This document shows, one piece after another, positions 59,610 to 64,000 of a stretch of DNA of 64,000 nt (positions are counted from its first letter, which is position 1; every line of letters begins with the position of its first letter). The stretch is from Vicinamibacteria bacterium. GTDB taxonomy: Bacteria > Acidobacteriota > Vicinamibacteria > Marinacidobacterales > Marinacidobacteraceae. A program made the translations under genes and the position numbers. Location: assembly GCA_964291235.2 (NCBI GenBank), contig OZ219816.1:576001-640000 (forward strand), in the 5' to 3' direction. The notes under the pieces were generated by a model that was given only the letters and a program-made list of their open reading frames with translations, was not told the origin of the DNA and ran no database searches.

Positions 59610-61379
59610 TCAGTTGCTGCGGTTGCGGAAGATCCAGACCGCGGCGCCGACCGCAATGCCCGCGACTACCAGGGAACCGGCGTTGACCGGTCCCAGCGAC
59701 CCGGACCACAGGATCGCGTAGCCGAGCGCCCCGGGTAGCAGGGCGTAATACACGAAGGGCACCAGGGTGCGCCGGATCACGGCGCCTTCCCGGCCGACCA
59801 GACCGACCACCGCCGAGGCGGCGACCACGTTGTGGACGCAGATCATGTTTCCTGCCGCCCCTCCGACGGCCTGCAGGGCGACCACCCAGCCGGGATCCAC
59901 CGACAACCGTTCGCCCACTCCGAATTGGAAGAGCGAGAACATCATGTTGCTCACCGTGTTGCTGCCGGCGACGAAGGCGCCGAGGCCGCCGATGAAGGGT
60001 GCGAAGAACGGCCACGCCGACCCCGCGACCTGCGCGGCGCCCTCGGCGAGCGCGATCGGCATCGAGGCCAGGCCCGCGGCTCCGCCGCCGGTATTCAGGA
60101 AAACCTGCACCATGGGAACGGTGAAGACGAGCGCCACGGACGCGAGGCCGGTGCTCCGGAGCGAGGCGGAGACCGCGCGCCCTATCTGTTGACCGTCCAT
60201 ACGGTGCAGCACGGCGGCAAACAGGGAAGCCGCGATGAACACCGCGCCGGGCAAAAAGAGCGGGGCGGCGCTGGCGGTGATGCCGCTGCCGAAGATGTCC
60301 GGCCAACGGATCACCACCCCCGAGAGGAACTCCTTGAACGGCAGCGACGGCAGGCGGGTCAGGACCAGCAGGCCTCCGACCACCGCGTAGGGGGCCCACG
60401 CGGACACCGTTCCGATCGTCCGGCCCGCGGCCGGCTGGATGTCGGAGACGAGTTTGCCGCCGACCCAGTCGGGCTCCCACGAGGAGCGCGCCGGGAATTC
60501 GAAGTGCTGGTCGGGAGGGGGCATGAAGAGCCCGCGCCTGGCGGCCGTGACCACGATCCCAAGCCCGATCAACCCGCCGAGCAGCGCCGGGAACTCCGGA
60601 CCGAGGAGCCAGGCGGTGAGCAGGTAGGGGGCCGTCATCGACACCGCGGCGAAGAGAGCGAACTTCCAGACCGCGAGGCCCTCGCGGAAACTGCGCCGCT
60701 CGCCGAAGAACCGGGTCATGGTGGCGACCACGATGAGAGGAACCAGGGTGCCGGCGACGGTGTGGAGCACGGCGACCCGGAAGCCGATGAAGGCGAGAAA
60801 ATCAGTCCACTCCACGAGACCGAGTCCCGCGGCATAGGCGGTCACCGCCTCGGATCCGGAGAGCCCGGTCGAGACACCGACCAGGATCGGGGTTCCGGCG
60901 GCGCCGAACGAGACGGGAGTGCTCTGAATCAGCATCCCCGCCACCACGGCGGCGAGCGGCGGGAAACCGAGCCCCACCAACAGGGGCACGGCGACGGCCG
61001 CCGGGGTCCCGAAGCCGGCGGACCCCTCGATGAACGCTCCGAAGAGCCAGGCAATCAGAAGGACCTGGATGCGCCGGTCCGGAGTGATACCCACAAATCC
61101 CCGGCGGATGACGGAGAGCGCTCCGCTTTCCTGCATGGTGTGGAGCAGCAGGAGCGCGCCGAAAATGATGTAGAGGAGGGTCGCTGCGACGACCAGTCCG
61201 TTGATCGAGGCGGCGGCGATCCTGACGCCCGAGATGCCCCAGACGCCGAGGGCGAGCCCGGCGGCGGCGAGCCAGCTCAGCGGCATGGCGCGGGACGCCG
61301 GCCAGCGCAGTCCGACCAGGAAGAGGGCGACCACCGCGATCGGCACGAGTGCGACCGCGGCAAGACCGAGAGTTCCCAT
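59610..61379 (-). CDS. lctP: L-lactate/glycolate permease (LctP family)
   Basis: [26 protein letters not shown] and GAAGNMIC motifs; polytopic membrane protein. Confidence 0.9.
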   Translation of the reverse strand: MGTLGLAAVALVPIAVVALFLVGLRWPASRAMPLSWLAAAGLALGVWGISGVRIAAASINGLVVAATLLYIIFGALLLLHTMQESGALSVIRRGFVGITPDRRIQVLLIAWLFGAFIEGSAGFGTPAAVAVPLLVGLGFPPLAAVVAGMLIQSTPVSFGAAGTPILVGVSTGLSGSEAVTAYAAGLGLVEWTDFLAFIGFRVAVLHTVAGTLVPLIVVATMTRFFGERRSFREGLAVWKFALFAAVSMTAPYLLTAWLLGPEFPALLGGLIGLGIVVTAARRGLFMPPPDQHFEFPARSSWEPDWVGGKLVSDIQPAAGRTIGTVSAWAPYAVVGGLLVLTRLPSLPFKEFLSGVVIRWPDIFGSGITASAAPLFLPGAVFIAASLFAAVLHRMDGQQIGRAVSASLRSTGLASVALVFTVPMVQVFLNTGGGAAGLASMPIALAEGAAQVAGSAWPFFAPFIGGLGAFVAGSNTVSNMMFSLFQFGVGERLSVDPGWVVALQAVGGAAGNMICVHNVVAASAVVGLVGREGAVIRRTLVPFVYYALLPGALGYAILWSGSLGPVNAGSLVVAGIAVGAAVWIFRNRSN

Positions 61380-61450
61380 GAGAGTTACCTGCCTTTTGCT
61401 CCTCGCGCCGCCTCGTGGGCTACGGAGGACCGGCTGCTAGGCTCCCGGCC

Positions 61451-62848
61451 GTGCCACGGGCATCGTTTACTTCGCTCGGCTGTCGTCTCAACCACACGGA
61501 GGCAGCGAACTGGGCAGGGCAGTTCGCGAGCAAAGGCTACACGATCGTCCCCTGGGGGAACCCGGCCGATCTGGTGGTGATCAACACCTGTTCGGTGACC
61601 CATCGGGCGGAGGCCCACTGCCGGAACACGGTGCGGCGGACGCTTCGCCATTCCCCCGAGGCCTTTGTGGTGGTGGCCGGGTGCTACGCGCAGTCCGGCC
61701 TCGACGCGCTGCGCGAAATCCCCGGGGTGGACATGATCGTGGGGACCGAGTTCAAGGAGAGTTTCCCCGACTACCTGGATCGGCCCCGGAAACTCCCCGA
61801 GCCGATCGTCCTTCACTCGGCGCGCATTTCGCGACACGAATTCGAGGTTCCGTCCACCGGACGCTACGACTCCACGCGCGCCAATCTCAAGGTGCAGGAC
61901 GGGTGCGATTTCTTCTGTTCGTTCTGCATCATCCCCTACACGAGGGGGCGCGAACGGAGCCGGCGTTTCGAAGATCTGGTCCGGGAGGCTCATGAACTCG
62001 CCGAGGCCGGCTATCGGGAACTGGTGCTCACCGGGGTGAACATCGGGCGCTACCGGAGCGGCGGGCGGACCCTTGCCGATGTCGCTGACCGGCTCGAGGA
62101 AATCTCCGGTGTGCACCGGGTCCGGATCACATCCATCGAGCCCACCACCGTGGAGGACCGTCTGCTGGAGCGGATGGCCGAGCGTGGGACGCTCTGCCGC
62201 TATCTGCATCTCCCGCTTCAGAGTGGCGACGACCAGGTGCTCGCGGGAATGGGCCGTCGCTACGGCAGGCGCGATTACCGCGAGTTTGTGGACCGGGCCG
62301 TCGATCTGGTGCCCGGACTCGGGTTGGGGACGGACGTGATTGTCGGATTTCCGGGAGAGACGGACGAGGCGTTCCAGCGCACCTGCGACAGCCTGGAGGA
62401 AATGCCGTTCGCCTACTACCACGTGTTCAGCTACTCGTCACGCGCGGGGACCAGGGCGGCGGGACTCCCCGGGCACCTCCCGCCGGAAGTGGTCGCCGAC
62501 CGGAGCCGGACGTTGAGGGAACTCTCGGACCGGCGCCGCGACGCGTTCGCAAGGCGCCACGTGGGCCAACGGGTGGAAGTGCTGTTTGAACAGCGGGATC
62601 GGTCGGGGCGCTGGACCGGTCTGACGGACTCCTACCTTCGGGTCGGGGTGGTTTCCGCCGAGCCGCTCGAAAACTGCATCCGTGAGGTGCGGATCAACCG
62701 GGTGGCGAGCGACGCGCCAGGCCTTGCCGTGGGAACCCTGGAGCGCCGGCCAGGAGCGCCGGCCTCCGGCCGGCATCGCGGCCAAAGGCCGCGAACCTCC
62801 CAGACTCAGTCAGCCTTGATGGCGGCAACCCAAACGGGGACGGCGTAA
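61451..62848 (+). CDS. mtaB: tRNA t6A37 methylthiotransferase (MtaB-type)
   Basis: LGCRLN, INTCSVT, KVQDGCDFFCSFCIIPYTRG and SIEP motifs; C-terminus runs into a repeat. Confidence 0.9.
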   Translation: MPRASFTSLGCRLNHTEAANWAGQFASKGYTIVPWGNPADLVVINTCSVTHRAEAHCRNTVRRTLRHSPEAFVVVAGCYAQSGLDALREIPGVDMIVGTEFKESFPDYLDRPRKLPEPIVLHSARISRHEFEVPSTGRYDSTRANLKVQDGCDFFCSFCIIPYTRGRERSRRFEDLVREAHELAEAGYRELVLTGVNIGRYRSGGRTLADVADRLEEISGVHRVRITSIEPTTVEDRLLERMAERGTLCRYLHLPLQSGDDQVLAGMGRRYGRRDYREFVDRAVDLVPGLGLGTDVIVGFPGETDEAFQRTCDSLEEMPFAYYHVFSYSSRAGTRAAGLPGHLPPEVVADRSRTLRELSDRRRDAFARRHVGQRVEVLFEQRDRSGRWTGLTDSYLRVGVVSAEPLENCIREVRINRVASDAPGLAVGTLERRPGAPASGRHRGQRPRTSQTQSALMAATQTGTA

Positions 62849-63420
62849 CGCCCTCGTGCCTTTGCACGGTCGGGTGGACGGCCTCCTGGCCCGCGTAGCT
62901 CCCACGCGTTGGGGGCCTTCGCCGTCACGGATTGGGTCCGGGACGTGAGGGCAGATCAGGTTTGGGAGTTTCGCCCGCTGCGCGGGCGATGCCAGCCGGA
63001 GGCTGGCGCTCCTGCCCGCGTAGCTCCCACGCGTTGGAGGTCTTCGCCGTCACGGATTGGGTCCGGGACCTGAGGGCAGATCAGGTTTGGGAATTTCGCC
63101 CGCTGCGCGGGCGATGCCAGCCGGAGGCTGGCGCTCCTGGCCGCGAACTCCCAGACTCAGTCAGCCTTGAAGGCGCCCATCCAAGCGGGGACGGCGTAAC
63201 GCCCTCGTGCCTTTGCACGGTGGGGTGGACGGCCTCCTGGCCCGCGTAGCTCCCACGCGTTGGGGGTCTTCGCCGTCACGGATTGGGTCCGGGACGTGAG
63301 GGCAGATCAGGTTTTGGAGTTTCGCCCGCTGCGCGGGCGATGCCAGCCGGAGGCTGGCGCTCCTGTTTGGGAGGTTCGCGCGCGCTGCGCGGGCGATGCC
63401 AGCCGGGAGGCTGGCCCTCC
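62751..63420. repeat. BIME-like array of REP-like hairpins with modules ordered A-B-B-A-B-partial B
   Basis: ~125-bp B unit starts at 62890, 63015 and 63241; A unit at ~62787 and ~63139. Confidence 0.92.
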
Positions 63421-63441
63421 TACTCCTCGCTCGTGGCGTTC

Positions 63442-63999
63442 CTACGAGCAGCCGGAGGTGGCGCCGCAGTTCATGCACTTGAAGCAGGTGCCACTCCGAA
63501 CCATCAGGGCGCCGCAGGTCGAGCATGGAGGCGCATCCGCGAACACCGCGGCGGACTCCAGCACCGTGCCGCGGCGGGGGTACCGCCGCTGGGTCTTGGC
63601 CGGTGCCGAGGCGGGTGGTGACGGCTCGTTCTCCTCCGCTCCCAGGTCGTCGGAATCGGTCAGGAAACGATGTCCCAGCCAGCGGAAGATGTAGTCGGTG
63701 ATCGAGTCGGCATGCGGGATGTCCGGGTTACCGGTATAGCCCGAGGGTTCGAAGCGGGTGTGCGAGAACTTGTCGACCAGCACCTTGAGGGGAACCCCGT
63801 ACTGGAGGTTGTAGGAAACCGCCCGCGCGAAAGCGTCCATCAGCCCGGAAACGAAGGAACCTTCCTTGGCCATCCGCAGGAAGATCTCGCATGGCGAGCC
63901 GTCCTCCCGTAGCCCGACCGTGAGGTATCCCTTGTGTCCCCCGATATCGAACTTGTGAATGATGGCTTCGCGTTCGGGCGGCAGATGCTCCTTGTCCGC
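63442..63999 (-). CDS. nrdJ: Vitamin B12-dependent (class II) ribonucleotide reductase, C-terminal TSCPD part; truncated by the window edge
   Basis: HKFDIGGHKGY, EIF..MAKEGS, LQYGVP, RFEPSG, SITDYIFRWL, terminal CSTC..CMNCGATSGCS. Confidence 0.9.
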   Translation of the reverse strand, partial: ADKEHLPPEREAIIHKFDIGGHKGYLTVGLREDGSPCEIFLRMAKEGSFVSGLMDAFARAVSYNLQYGVPLKVLVDKFSHTRFEPSGYTGNPDIPHADSITDYIFRWLGHRFLTDSDDLGAEENEPSPPASAPAKTQRRYPRRGTVLESAAVFADAPPCSTCGALMVRSGTCFKCMNCGATSGCS

Positions 64000-64000
64000 G

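Noticed and set aside
62890-63365. Possible CRISPR array or repeat-protein gene
   Set aside because: Whole ~125-bp units repeat without unique spacers; the ORFs across them are translations of the repeat.

Overview
High-GC (roughly 70% by eye) bacterial chromosome segment, most consistent with an Acidobacteriota genome (GWxTD protein, SpoIVB/S55 plus beta-propeller pair, VPS10/BNR protein; this is inference). Most of it is housekeeping: a 2-oxoacid dehydrogenase/lipoate cluster, boxC-boxB-thiolase, mltG, hflX, rsgA, pheST, a his operon with hisF-hisIE inverted, lactate permease, mtaB, the 3' end of nrdJ, and tRNA-Thr(CGT) and tRNA-fMet. Four signals are not shown by the ORF track. (1) A DCC1/DUF393 thiol-oxidoreductase (53990-54406) has TGA in place of the first Cys of its DxxCxxC motif, followed by a SECIS-like hairpin, so it is a candidate selenoprotein. 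(2) An IS3-family element is inserted in the loop of a REP-like hairpin with a 3-bp target duplication. (3) A modular family of intergenic palindromic repeats is present: REP/BIME-like arrays, TTAA-flanked MITE-like elements and a duplicated highly structured element. (4) Several enzymes have altered catalytic residues, and two genes are interrupted.
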